From Gemmatimonadaceae bacterium (lineage in GTDB: Bacteria > Gemmatimonadota > Gemmatimonadetes > Gemmatimonadales > Gemmatimonadaceae), in the NCBI GenBank assembly GCA_045804325.1, contig JBJMNJ010000035.1:423-64422 (forward strand): a DNA stretch of 64,000 nucleotides, read 5' to 3'. A model generated the notes under the pieces. The model did no database searches. It was given only the letters and a program-made list of their open reading frames with translations, and had not been told where the DNA came from. Positions within the stretch are counted from its first letter, which is position 1. The number at the start of each line of letters is the position of its first letter. A program made the translations under genes and the position numbers. Positions 19,061 to 26,452 of this stretch are shown here, one piece after another.

Positions 19061-19596
19061 GTCGCGCTCCCTCCGTGACGAGTCGCCGCCGGCGCGTCGA
19101 ACCAGAGCACGACGCGCGTCTCGAACTCCCGCTCCAGCGCCTGCATCATCGTGAGCAGCGCGCAGTACGTCGCCGGCACGACGTCGCGGTCCTCCGCGGA
19201 CCCGGCGAGCGTCGTGAGGACGCGATCCAGCTCGCGCACGTCGCACCACGTCGCGAGCTCCGGGCGGCCGGACCGCCGCCGCCGCTCGCGATACAGCGCG
19301 TAGCGCTCGGCCGTCGGGGCGCTGGGGTCCGGCGGCATGCCGAGCGCGCCCACCAGGTCGTCGTCGGGCGCGCCGAGGCCGAGGAAGAGCCCCGCCAGCG
19401 CGTCGTGGCGTGCGCCCTCGCGCCGCCGCGCGCGCCGCGCGTCCGACGCGCCGCCGACGGCGGGACACGCGTAGTGCCACCACGCGCCGCTGCCGGTGCG
19501 ACACTCGACGTGCGCCTCCGTCACCACCCCCGCGGCGATGCGCGTCGCGACGTGTGCGCCGGCGCGCGCGCCCTCCTGCTCGTCTCGCCAGATCAT
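19045..19596 (-). CDS. hypothetical protein, paralogue A of the ligD-adjacent unknown family
   Basis: Frame of ORF 19045..19686, trimmed to ATG 19596 (MIWRDEQEG) with high GC3. Shares AHVECRTGSGAWWHYA and PATYCALLTMMQALEREFETRVVLWF with ORF 20267..21052. Confidence 0.6.
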   Translation of the reverse strand: MIWRDEQEGARAGAHVATRIAAGVVTEAHVECRTGSGAWWHYACPAVGGASDARRARRREGARHDALAGLFLGLGAPDDDLVGALGMPPDPSAPTAERYALYRERRRRSGRPELATWCDVRELDRVLTTLAGSAEDRDVVPATYCALLTMMQALEREFETRVVLWFDAPAATRHGGSATWTSG

Positions 19597-19726
19597 CGGC
19601 GCCCTTCCCTTCTCCAGACGTGATGCGATGTGGGTCCCGGACCGCGGACGGCTGCGCGGTGAGAGGCGGCGTGGCGGACGACGCACGCACCCGCTGGCCG
19701 CCGCGGCCGGGTCCCCGTTCGTGGCG

Positions 19727-20122
19727 CTACTCGGCGTCCTCCGGATCGCGGAGGTCGCCTCGACGCCGCCGCGGCGGGAAGCCGGGCGGCCGCACGGACT
19801 TCCACGGCCGGCGCCCGCCGCGCGACACGCGCGGCGGGAACTGCAGCTCGAGCTGGGCGCGGTCGGCGGCGTCGGAGCCCGGCAGCGCGCCGAGCATGCG
19901 CGCCGACCGCCAGAACATCAGGAGGCGGATGGGCGCCCGGTGGCCGCCGAACGGCGTCCGCGCGACGGCCAGCGCCTCCTCGCGCACCTCGCGCGGGATG
20001 CGCCGCGCCTCGAGCTCGCAGAGGCGCTCGACGTTGCCGACGTCGCGCTCCTCCACCGAGGCGTGGAGCTCGGCCAGCACCGCGAGCAGCGGCGGGCGCT
20101 TCGCGCGGTCGCGGCGCGTCAC
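19727..20122 (-). CDS. hypothetical basic protein (131 aa)
   Basis: Frame of ORF 19727..20197. GTG at 20122 overlaps the stop of the upstream mini-ORF (GTGA). Very high GC3, Arg-rich C-terminus, no family recognised. Confidence 0.5.
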   Translation of the reverse strand: MTRRDRAKRPPLLAVLAELHASVEERDVGNVERLCELEARRIPREVREEALAVARTPFGGHRAPIRLLMFWRSARMLGALPGSDAADRAQLELQFPPRVSRGGRRPWKSVRPPGFPPRRRRGDLRDPEDAE

Positions 20123-20265
20123 GAGTGCGCGACCCCGTAGAGGACGAGCGCCGCGATCACCCACAGCACGACCACCAGCCAGACCGCGGTGCGCCATTCC
20201 TGCGAGGCACGGCGCGCGACGCGGCGCATGGAGTCGGTGACGGGGCGCATGCTGCTCGCTCGCAT
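20119..20265 (-). CDS. 48-aa single-pass membrane peptide (hypothetical)
   Basis: ATG at 20265 is 1 nt after the TGA of the upstream ORF. MRASSMRPVTDSMRRVARRASQEWRTAVWLVVVLWVIAALVLYGVAHS with high GC3. Confidence 0.45.
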   Translation of the reverse strand: MRASSMRPVTDSMRRVARRASQEWRTAVWLVVVLWVIAALVLYGVAHS

Positions 20266-20266
20266 G

Positions 20267-21052
20267 TCACCGCGCTGCCCGCGGCAGGTGCAGCTCCGAG
20301 CCACACCGCGGGCACCGTCCGGTGAGCGTCGCTGGCCCGTAGCGGCTGGCGCGCGCGGGCGCAGCAGGCGAGCCCGCGCGGCGCCGGCCCACGCGGACGC
20401 TCGCGCCGCAGGGGCACGAGGCGACGCCGGGGGCCGACCACGCCGCGAACGGCGCACGCGCGCCGCGCGCCTGCACTGCCGCCGGGACGACGTCCCTCAC
20501 CTCGCGCGCCGCCTCGGCGCCGTCGCCCTCGCGCCGCGACGCACCGAGCGCCAGGAGCGACAGCCGCTCGAACCAGAGGAGGACCCGCACCTCGTACGTC
20601 CCCTCGAGCTCGCGAATCATCGCGACGAGCGCGCGGTAGGTGGCGGGGGCCGGCTCGTCGTGCTCGGCGCGGAACGCCGAGAGGCAGGCGGCGAGGTCGT
20701 CGAGCGAGAGCGTCGTCGGGTACTCGTTGACGGGGTCCGTGATGCGCGCCCACGGCTCGCGCGTGCGCCACCGCTCGGCGTCCCCCGCCGCCACCCACGC
20801 GTCCGCGTCCTCCGCGCTCACCGTGCGCGGCCCCGGCGCGACGTACTCGCCGACCACGCGCAGGGTGTAGTCGTCGAGCACCGCCCAGGACACGTCGGCC
20901 GGCAGCTCCGCGCGGAACGTGCGGCCCCCTGCCTCGCCGGAGGCGATGATGCGGAAGAGCCGCGGGTCGTGCGCGAGGAACGGGCGCGCGTAGCGCCACC
21001 ACTCGCGGCCGGGCACCCGGCACTCGACGTGGGCGTGGGAGAGCCACGCCAT
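20267..21052 (-). CDS. hypothetical protein, paralogue B of the ligD-adjacent unknown family, with C-terminal zinc-ribbon-like CxC...CxxC
   Basis: Frame of ORF 20267..21070. ATG at 21052 is 4 nt after the ligD TAG. Motifs AHVECRVPGREWWRYA and PATYRALVAMIRELEGTYEVRVLLWF, with a C-terminal CPCGASV...GRCPRCGSELHLP. Confidence 0.65.
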   Translation of the reverse strand: MAWLSHAHVECRVPGREWWRYARPFLAHDPRLFRIIASGEAGGRTFRAELPADVSWAVLDDYTLRVVGEYVAPGPRTVSAEDADAWVAAGDAERWRTREPWARITDPVNEYPTTLSLDDLAACLSAFRAEHDEPAPATYRALVAMIRELEGTYEVRVLLWFERLSLLALGASRREGDGAEAAREVRDVVPAAVQARGARAPFAAWSAPGVASCPCGASVRVGRRRAGSPAAPARASRYGPATLTGRCPRCGSELHLPRAAR

Positions 21053-21056
21053 CCGG

Positions 21057-23102
21057 CTAGCGGTCACCACGGACGATCCCCTCCAGTCGGTTGCGGCGCC
21101 GCATGGCGGCCGCCCACAGGTCGCCCGCGCGCGCGAGCCGGTCGGGCACCGTCGCGACGTCGAACTCGCGCGGGTCGAGCCGCTCGTCGAGCTCGTCCCA
21201 CGCGAGCGGCGTCGATACGGTCGCGCCCGGCCGCGCGCGCACCGAGTACACGCTGGCGACGGTCTTTCCCCTGATGTTCTGCAGGTAGTCCACGTAGATG
21301 ACGCCCGCCGCGCGCTTCGCGACGCTGCGCTCGACGGTCGCCTCGCGCGGGTGCCGCAGCGCCACGTGCGTCGCGATGAGCTGCGCGAGCACGCGCGCCG
21401 CGTCGGCGGGCGTGCCCGGCTCGAGCGGGAGCACGATGTGCAGCCCGGTGGCGCCCGAGGTCTTGGGCGTTCCGTGAAGGCCGAGCGCGTCCATCGCCTC
21501 CTTCACGCGGAGTGCGACCTCCACCACGCGGCGGAACGGCGCGCGCGGCCCCGGGTCGAGGTCCACGATCGCGTAGTCCGCCGACTCGGTGTCCGGGACG
21601 CGCCCGTGCCACGGGTCCACCGAGATGGCGCCCAGCTGCACCGTGTAGAGGAGCGTGAGGAGGTCGCCGCCGACGAGCCGCGCCTCGTCGGCGCCGTCGG
21701 CGCTCCGCACGGACTCCACGCGTACGCCCGCCGGCACCCGCTCCGGCGCCCGCTGCTGGTAGAACGCCGGCGCGTCCACGCCGTTCGGGAAGCGGCGCAG
21801 GACGAGCGGGCGGTCGGCGACGGCGGGCAGGATCGCGCGCGCCACCAGCGCGTAGTAGCGCATGACGTCGCCCTTCGTCACGCCGGCGCGTCCGAAGAAG
21901 GGCTTCCCGAGGTTCGTGACGTCGAGCGTGCGGCCGGGGCCGAGCCAGAGCGTGCCCGCACCGCCCTCCATCTCGATCGCGTCGAGCTGCGCCACGACGT
22001 CCATGGGCGTGAAGCCCTCGAGCACCGAGATGCGGCGCCGCGCCCACGGGAGACGAGGCCGCGGCGGCGCCGCGGTGGACGCGACCACGCGGCGCCCGCG
22101 CGCCACGACGCGCCCGGCGCGGCCCGGCGCACTCTCGCGGCGCACCTCGCGCGGCGGCTTGTCGTCGCGCACGCCGAGGAAGACCGGCTGGCGGAGCACC
22201 GCGTCGGCGGTCCACTCGTTGAACCGCACCTCCACGACCACGCTCGGGCGCACCCAGTGCGCGCGCTCGCGCGTGCGCGGCGGGTTCGCGAAGGGCGAGG
22301 TCGCGCGCTCGAGCGGCGCGAGGCGCGCGTAGACGTCGGCCAGCGCCTGGCGCGTGAAGCCCGCGCCGACGGCGCCCGAGAAGACGAGCCGGTCCTCGTC
22401 GTCGCGCACGCCGACGAGCAGGGCTCCGATGTGCTCGCGCGAGTTGCGCGGCTCGGTGAAGCCGCCGACGACGAACTCCTGCTGCAGCTCCGCCTTCACC
22501 TTGAGCCAGGCGCCCGTGCGCTTCCCCGGCTCGTAGGCGGCGTCGAGGCGCTTGGCGATGACGCCCTCCCACGCGTGGGCGTGCGCGTGCGCGAGCGCCT
22601 CGTCGCCGCCCATGCGCAGCGACTCGGCGAGCACGAGGCCCGCGGGCGGACGCCGGAGCAGCCGCTCGAGCCGCCGCCGGCGCTCCGCGTACGGCTCGTC
22701 GACGAGGCGGTCGTCCCCCTCGAGCAGCAGGTCGAAGGCGACGAACGCCGCCGGCGCCGCCCCGGCCAGCCGCGCGGCCTCGCCGGGCGAGGCGTGGATG
22801 CGGCCCTGGAGGTCCTGGAATCGCCCGAGCGTGCCGTCGGCGCGCCGGGCGACGATCTCGCCGTCGAGCACGAGCGGCGCGCCCGCGCGCGCCGCGAGCG
22901 CGGAGAGCGCCGCGACGACCTCGGGGAACTGCGCGCCCTTGTCGTTGCCGTTGCGGGAGACGAGCGACGCCGACGCGCTCGCCGCGTAGGCGAGCACGCG
23001 CACGCCGTCGTACTTCGCCTCGAACGCCCACCCCTCGCCGGCCGGCGGCGCGGCGGCGGGGCGGGCGAGCATCGGGCTGAATCGGGCGGCGCGGCGCGTC
23101 AT
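21057..23102 (-). CDS. ligD: ATP-dependent DNA ligase LigD (ligase + polymerase/primase domains, no phosphoesterase domain seen)
   Basis: Frame of ORF 21057..24164, trimmed to ATG 23102, which overlaps the ku stop (ATGA). Adenylation motif EAKYDGVR. The C-terminal half (LWLGPGRTLDVTNLGKPFF...FPNGVD...TSGATGLHIVLPL...IYVDYLQN) matches the LigD polymerase domain. Confidence 0.9.
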   Translation of the reverse strand: MTRRAARFSPMLARPAAAPPAGEGWAFEAKYDGVRVLAYAASASASLVSRNGNDKGAQFPEVVAALSALAARAGAPLVLDGEIVARRADGTLGRFQDLQGRIHASPGEAARLAGAAPAAFVAFDLLLEGDDRLVDEPYAERRRRLERLLRRPPAGLVLAESLRMGGDEALAHAHAHAWEGVIAKRLDAAYEPGKRTGAWLKVKAELQQEFVVGGFTEPRNSREHIGALLVGVRDDEDRLVFSGAVGAGFTRQALADVYARLAPLERATSPFANPPRTRERAHWVRPSVVVEVRFNEWTADAVLRQPVFLGVRDDKPPREVRRESAPGRAGRVVARGRRVVASTAAPPRPRLPWARRRISVLEGFTPMDVVAQLDAIEMEGGAGTLWLGPGRTLDVTNLGKPFFGRAGVTKGDVMRYYALVARAILPAVADRPLVLRRFPNGVDAPAFYQQRAPERVPAGVRVESVRSADGADEARLVGGDLLTLLYTVQLGAISVDPWHGRVPDTESADYAIVDLDPGPRAPFRRVVEVALRVKEAMDALGLHGTPKTSGATGLHIVLPLEPGTPADAARVLAQLIATHVALRHPREATVERSVAKRAAGVIYVDYLQNIRGKTVASVYSVRARPGATVSTPLAWDELDERLDPREFDVATVPDRLARAGDLWAAAMRRRNRLEGIVRGDR

Positions 23103-23947
23103 GCGGTCCTCCGCTTCCTTCTCACCGTCTTGCCCGCCGCGGCCTTGGTGGCCGCGCGCGCCGCCGGCCGCCGCTTCCCTTTCGCGAGGCTCTCCTGGAG
23201 CCGCGCCAGGAGGTCCACGACGGGCGTGCTCTCCGGCTCGTCCGGCTCGTCGAGCTTGACCTTCCGGCCCTTGAGCTTCGCCTTGATGACGCGCTGGAGG
23301 TTCTCGCGGTACTCGTCCTTGTACTTCCCCGGCGTGAAGGGCTCGGCGAGGTTCGCGATGAGCTGCTCGGCCATCTGCACCTCCTGCGGCCGCACGCCCG
23401 CGCCGTCGGGGAAGCGGAGCGAGCCGACGTCCACCAGCTCGCTCGCGAAGCGCATGATCTCGAGCACCAGCGCCTCCTCGACGACGCGCACGGCCGCGAG
23501 GTGGTGCGAGTTGGAGCGCATCGTGATCTTGCCGATGCCGACCATCCCGCTGCGGCGCATCGCCTCGCGCAGGAGCGCGTACGCCTTGTCGCCGTCCTTG
23601 CCGGGGAGCAGGTAGTACGGCGCCTCGAAGAAGCGCGGGTCGATCTCCTCCGCGCGCACGAAGTCGAGGATCTCGAACGTCTTCGACGAGACGAGGGCGG
23701 CGGCCTTGAAGTCGTCGTCGTCGAGCACGACGAACTTGCCCTTCGCGTACTCGTAGCCCTTGACGATGTCCTCCCACGGGACGACGTCGCCCTCCTGCTC
23801 GCAGACGCGCTGGTACTTGATGGGCGAGTGGTCGCGCTTGTGGAGCTGGCGGAAGCTGATGCGCTCCCCGGCGCGCACGGCGGAGTGCAGCTCGACGGGA
23901 AGGTGCACGAGCCCGAACGTGAGGGATCCCTTCCAGATAGGTCGCAT
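23099..23947 (-). CDS. ku: non-homologous end-joining protein Ku
   Basis: Frame of ORF 23099..24034, trimmed to ATG 23947. MRPIWKGSLTFGLVHLPVELHSAV...ISFRQLH...PIKYQRVCE...GYEYAKGKFVVL is the canonical bacterial Ku core. Lys/Arg-rich C-terminal tail. Confidence 0.95.
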   Translation of the reverse strand: MRPIWKGSLTFGLVHLPVELHSAVRAGERISFRQLHKRDHSPIKYQRVCEQEGDVVPWEDIVKGYEYAKGKFVVLDDDDFKAAALVSSKTFEILDFVRAEEIDPRFFEAPYYLLPGKDGDKAYALLREAMRRSGMVGIGKITMRSNSHHLAAVRVVEEALVLEIMRFASELVDVGSLRFPDGAGVRPQEVQMAEQLIANLAEPFTPGKYKDEYRENLQRVIKAKLKGRKVKLDEPDEPESTPVVDLLARLQESLAKGKRRPAARAATKAAAGKTVRRKRRTA

Positions 23948-23978
23948 CGCTGGCGGCGCTCGCGGTCCCGAGTTCGTG

Positions 23979-24017
23979 TCGCGAATTCGCATCGCGAATT
24001 CGCATCGCGAATTCGCG
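23979..24017. promoter_or_regulatory. three tandem 13-bp units (tcgcgaattcgca x2, tcgcgaattcgcg), each with a GCGAATTCGC palindrome, in the ku leader/promoter
   Basis: Read directly at 23979-23991, 23992-24004 and 24005-24017, which is 32-70 nt upstream of the ku ATG. The AATT cores stand out in GC-rich DNA. Confidence 0.55.
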
Positions 24018-24035
24018 GAGACGGATGGCGCCACC

Positions 24036-24298
24036 GCCTAACGCATGGAAAGGGCCATTGTGGATATCCACACGGAGTCCACATTCGTGATGTGCAGAAC
24101 CGCCGACTTTTCCACAAGCCGTTGCCCTACAAGGGCATAGGCCCCTCGCCATTGTGGTCGGCATCGTACAGCCTAACGTCAGCCGGCGGCCGGGTGCGGG
24201 CCGGGTGGACTCCGGCGGGATGCGCCCGGGATGCCGATCGGCGGTGGCCGACCTCCCCCGTTAGGCGCCCGGGCGCGCGAGATCGATCGACGTTAGGC
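24036..24298. repeat. clustered 8-mer GCCTAACG / CGTTAGGC (2 forward, 2 reverse copies)
   Basis: GCCTAACG at 24036 and 24171; CGTTAGGC at 24259 and 24291. A fifth copy (GCCTAACG) lies at 24859. Confidence 0.5.
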
Positions 24299-24458
24299 AG
24301 GGCCGGTCTCTCGCGCGGACGCGTCACCGAATTCGTGGTCACGGCGCGACGCCCTCGGGCGCGCTCGCATTTATGCACAGAGGTTTTCAACGCGGCGAAG
24401 CGGCGCGGCGACAAGAACTTCCGGCGTTTTCCACGGGTTTCCACAGGGCTTATCCACA
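24059..24458. promoter_or_regulatory. DnaA-box cluster (oriC-like or DnaA-regulated region)
   Basis: TGTGGATATCCACA palindrome at 24059-24072 (two inverted aTATCCACA boxes). TTTTCCACA at 24108-24116. TTATgCACA at 24371-24379. TTTTCCACg at 24427-24435. gTTTCCACA at 24437-24445. Perfect TTATCCACA at 24450-24458. A roughly 41% GC patch follows at 24471-24504. Confidence 0.6.
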
Positions 24459-24586
24459 AGCGGCACAACGACTTAGACCTATTTTGCCTCTTGTCTTTCT
24501 CGAGCGTCGATCCTAGCATTCTGCCCGCGCCGCGCTCCGCTCCTGGGCGCCGCGCTCCCGCCCCCTTCGACCTCCCCGGAACCACG

Positions 24587-24910
24587 ATGCAGCTGCTCCC
24601 CTGCGCCCCCCCGGTCGGCCCCCTCGAGCGTGCTCCCATGACCGCGCTGCGCCCCGACGGCGAGGGCGAGTGGGTCGGGTTCTGGGCGGGGGACCACGCC
24701 TACTACGCGCGGCACACGCGCGAGGACGGCGGGGCGGAGTGGTTCGAGGTGCGCGCGGAGGAGGGCGGCGCCGGGCCTCGGCCCGTGCGGCCGGCGACGC
24801 CGCGCTCCGTCGGGGTGCTGCCGCCGCGCCGCGCGCTGAGCGCCGTCGGGCGCCTGGGGCCTAACGCGAGCTTCGCGCTCGTGTGGAGCTCGCGCCGCCG
24901 ACGAGCGTGA
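24587..24910 (+). CDS. hypothetical small protein (start 24587 or 24638)
   Basis: This is the tail of ORF-track frame 23501..24910. From MTALRPDGEGEWVGFWAGDHAYYARHTREDGGAEWFEVRAEE onward the third codon positions are almost all G/C. No family recognised. Confidence 0.45.
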   Translation: MQLLPCAPPVGPLERAPMTALRPDGEGEWVGFWAGDHAYYARHTREDGGAEWFEVRAEEGGAGPRPVRPATPRSVGVLPPRRALSAVGRLGPNASFALVWSSRRRRA

Positions 24911-24937
24911 CCGCCGCGGCGTGAGGCCCCCGCCGCC

Positions 24938-25792
24938 CTAGGCCGTCAGTCCCGGCAGGTTGAGCTGCTGCGTGTGTCCCTGGGAGACGCGCAGCGCCGC
25001 CAGGTGCACCCACGAGAACAGTACGTCGAGGCGCAGGTCGCCCGACGTCGCTTCCTTCGCGAGGCCGAAGTGGATCGAGAGCGCGCGGCCGATGTTCGCG
25101 GGACGCTGGTGGACGAAGAACATCAACAGATCCGTGGCGGCGTCCACCGCGTGGTAGAGCGCGAACAGGTAGAATCGCATCCGCTCCGCGTCGCGCTGCG
25201 CGAGGGCGAGCAGCAGCGCGGCCTCGCGCGAGGCGCGCTCCTCGCGCACCCGCGCGATGATCGCCGTGGCGCGCGGCAGCTCCGCGCCCCCCTCGCGACG
25301 CAGCAGCTCCGTCCAGGCGTCGGCGAGGTGCTCGAGCAGCGCGACGTCCCACGGGCGCGCGTCGCGGTCGTCGGGCGCGGGGTGCAGCCGCTGCCACCGC
25401 TCCCACTGCGGCGCGAGCGAGCCGACCTCCGCGAGCGCCGCGAGCTGGAGCTTCCGGATGGCCAGGGCGCGCGGCTCGTCCGGCGCGGGCAGCGCCGAGT
25501 AGAGGAGGAAGGCGCGGGACGCGGCGAGCTCCACCTGCTCCTGCGCCGTCGCGAGCTCGTCGGGATCGGCGAGCGCGAGGTGGGAGGCGAGGTCGCGCCC
25601 CGCGAGGTCGTACGCGGCCGCGAGCTGCACCGCCGCCTCGCACTCCGCGGCGTCGAGCGGCGAGACCGGCTCGGCGGCCTCGCGCGGGTCGTAGGCCGCG
25701 ACGGCCGCGGCACGCGCCAAGAGCGCCTGCGCCGGCCCGAAGGCGGCCACCGCCCAGTGGCGGTCGACGTGCCGAGCGCTGTGCAGCTGCAC
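24938..25792 (-). CDS. hypothetical alpha-helical protein (start uncertain)
   Basis: Frame of ORF 24938..26344. High GC3 begins near 25900. The first plausible canonical start is GTG 25792 (VQLHSARH...). C-terminus ...RFYLFALYHAVDAATDLLMFFVHQRPANIGRALSIHFGLAKE. No family recognised. Confidence 0.45.
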   Translation of the reverse strand: MQLHSARHVDRHWAVAAFGPAQALLARAAAVAAYDPREAAEPVSPLDAAECEAAVQLAAAYDLAGRDLASHLALADPDELATAQEQVELAASRAFLLYSALPAPDEPRALAIRKLQLAALAEVGSLAPQWERWQRLHPAPDDRDARPWDVALLEHLADAWTELLRREGGAELPRATAIIARVREERASREAALLLALAQRDAERMRFYLFALYHAVDAATDLLMFFVHQRPANIGRALSIHFGLAKEATSGDLRLDVLFSWVHLAALRVSQGHTQQLNLPGLTA

Positions 25793-25966
25793 GGAGGGGG
25801 AAGTGGGGACGCCACGACGGCGCCCCGGGTCCGCAGTGCCCGAGTACGCCCACCAGATCGGCCGCCGAGGGCGTCGCGCGGCGGCCAGCTCCAGCCTGAA
25901 GCTCCCCGTCTGACGCCCAGCTCGATCGTACGGTAACGAACGCGTCCATTCCGCGAGAATCGACCG

Positions 25967-26452
25967 ATGTGCCTGGAACCCGTCTCCTCGCCCCGCCTGG
26001 CCATGCTCTCGCGACTCGCCGCCGCCGAGGCGGCGTCGCACGACTTCTCTCAGCCTTCCTCTTCCGCATCGATGACCGTGCTCCCCTCCAGCCCCCTCGC
26101 GCGCGACGTCGCCGCCTGCCCCGACTGCCACGCGCGGGTGACCGCCGCGGGCGTCAGCTCGCTCTGCCAGCGCCACGAGGCCGTCTGGATGTTCGAGCAG
26201 GCGGTGGGCGCCTCGGCCGAGCCGCTCGCGGGGGACGTCGGTCCTCTGCTCCAGCAGGTGCTCACGACCGGGGACCGCGGCCGCGACCTGCTCGACGCGT
26301 TCCGCCGGCAGGCGAGCGCCCTCAACCTCGTGTGGGAGGCGCACGTACGGGGCGCGGCCCGACTTCCCGAGGAGGTGGCGGAGCTCGTGCGGTCGGCCCG
26401 CGAGCGGGCGCCGGACCTCCTGGCCGGTCGGCCAGTGCCGCGGAGCGCCTGA
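25967..26452 (+). CDS. hypothetical protein with CxxC...CxxH motif (start 25967 or ATG 26072)
   Basis: 161-aa ORF with high GC3 from about 26072 (MTVLPSSPLARDVAACPDCHARVTAAGVSSLCQRHEAVW...). No family recognised. Confidence 0.45.
   Translation: MCLEPVSSPRLAMLSRLAAAEAASHDFSQPSSSASMTVLPSSPLARDVAACPDCHARVTAAGVSSLCQRHEAVWMFEQAVGASAEPLAGDVGPLLQQVLTTGDRGRDLLDAFRRQASALNLVWEAHVRGAARLPEEVAELVRSARERAPDLLAGRPVPRSA

Noticed and set aside
23979-24017. Reading the GCGAATTCGC repeats as a LexA/SOS box.
   Set aside because: The repeats do not fit the LexA-box consensus variants I know (CGAAC-N4-GTTCG, GTTC-N7-GTTC, RGTAC-N3-DGTWCB and others). They are kept as an operator of unknown specificity instead.
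24127-24639. A 170-aa minus-strand ORF covering most of the ku-upstream non-coding region.
   Set aside because: Its product is an Arg/Ser/Pro-rich low-complexity string with no family resemblance and no RBS. It is laid over the DnaA boxes and the AT-rich patch. Third-position composition here does not look coding.
24861-26069. An alternative minus-strand frame (402 aa, start MDAFVTV) that could have supplied an ATG start for the hypothetical gene at 24938-25792 through a frameshift.
   Set aside because: Third codon positions after that ATG are mixed A/T/G/C, and the product quickly becomes Arg/Gly/Ala low-complexity. There is no positive evidence for a frameshift, so the start remains unresolved rather than the gene being called a pseudogene.
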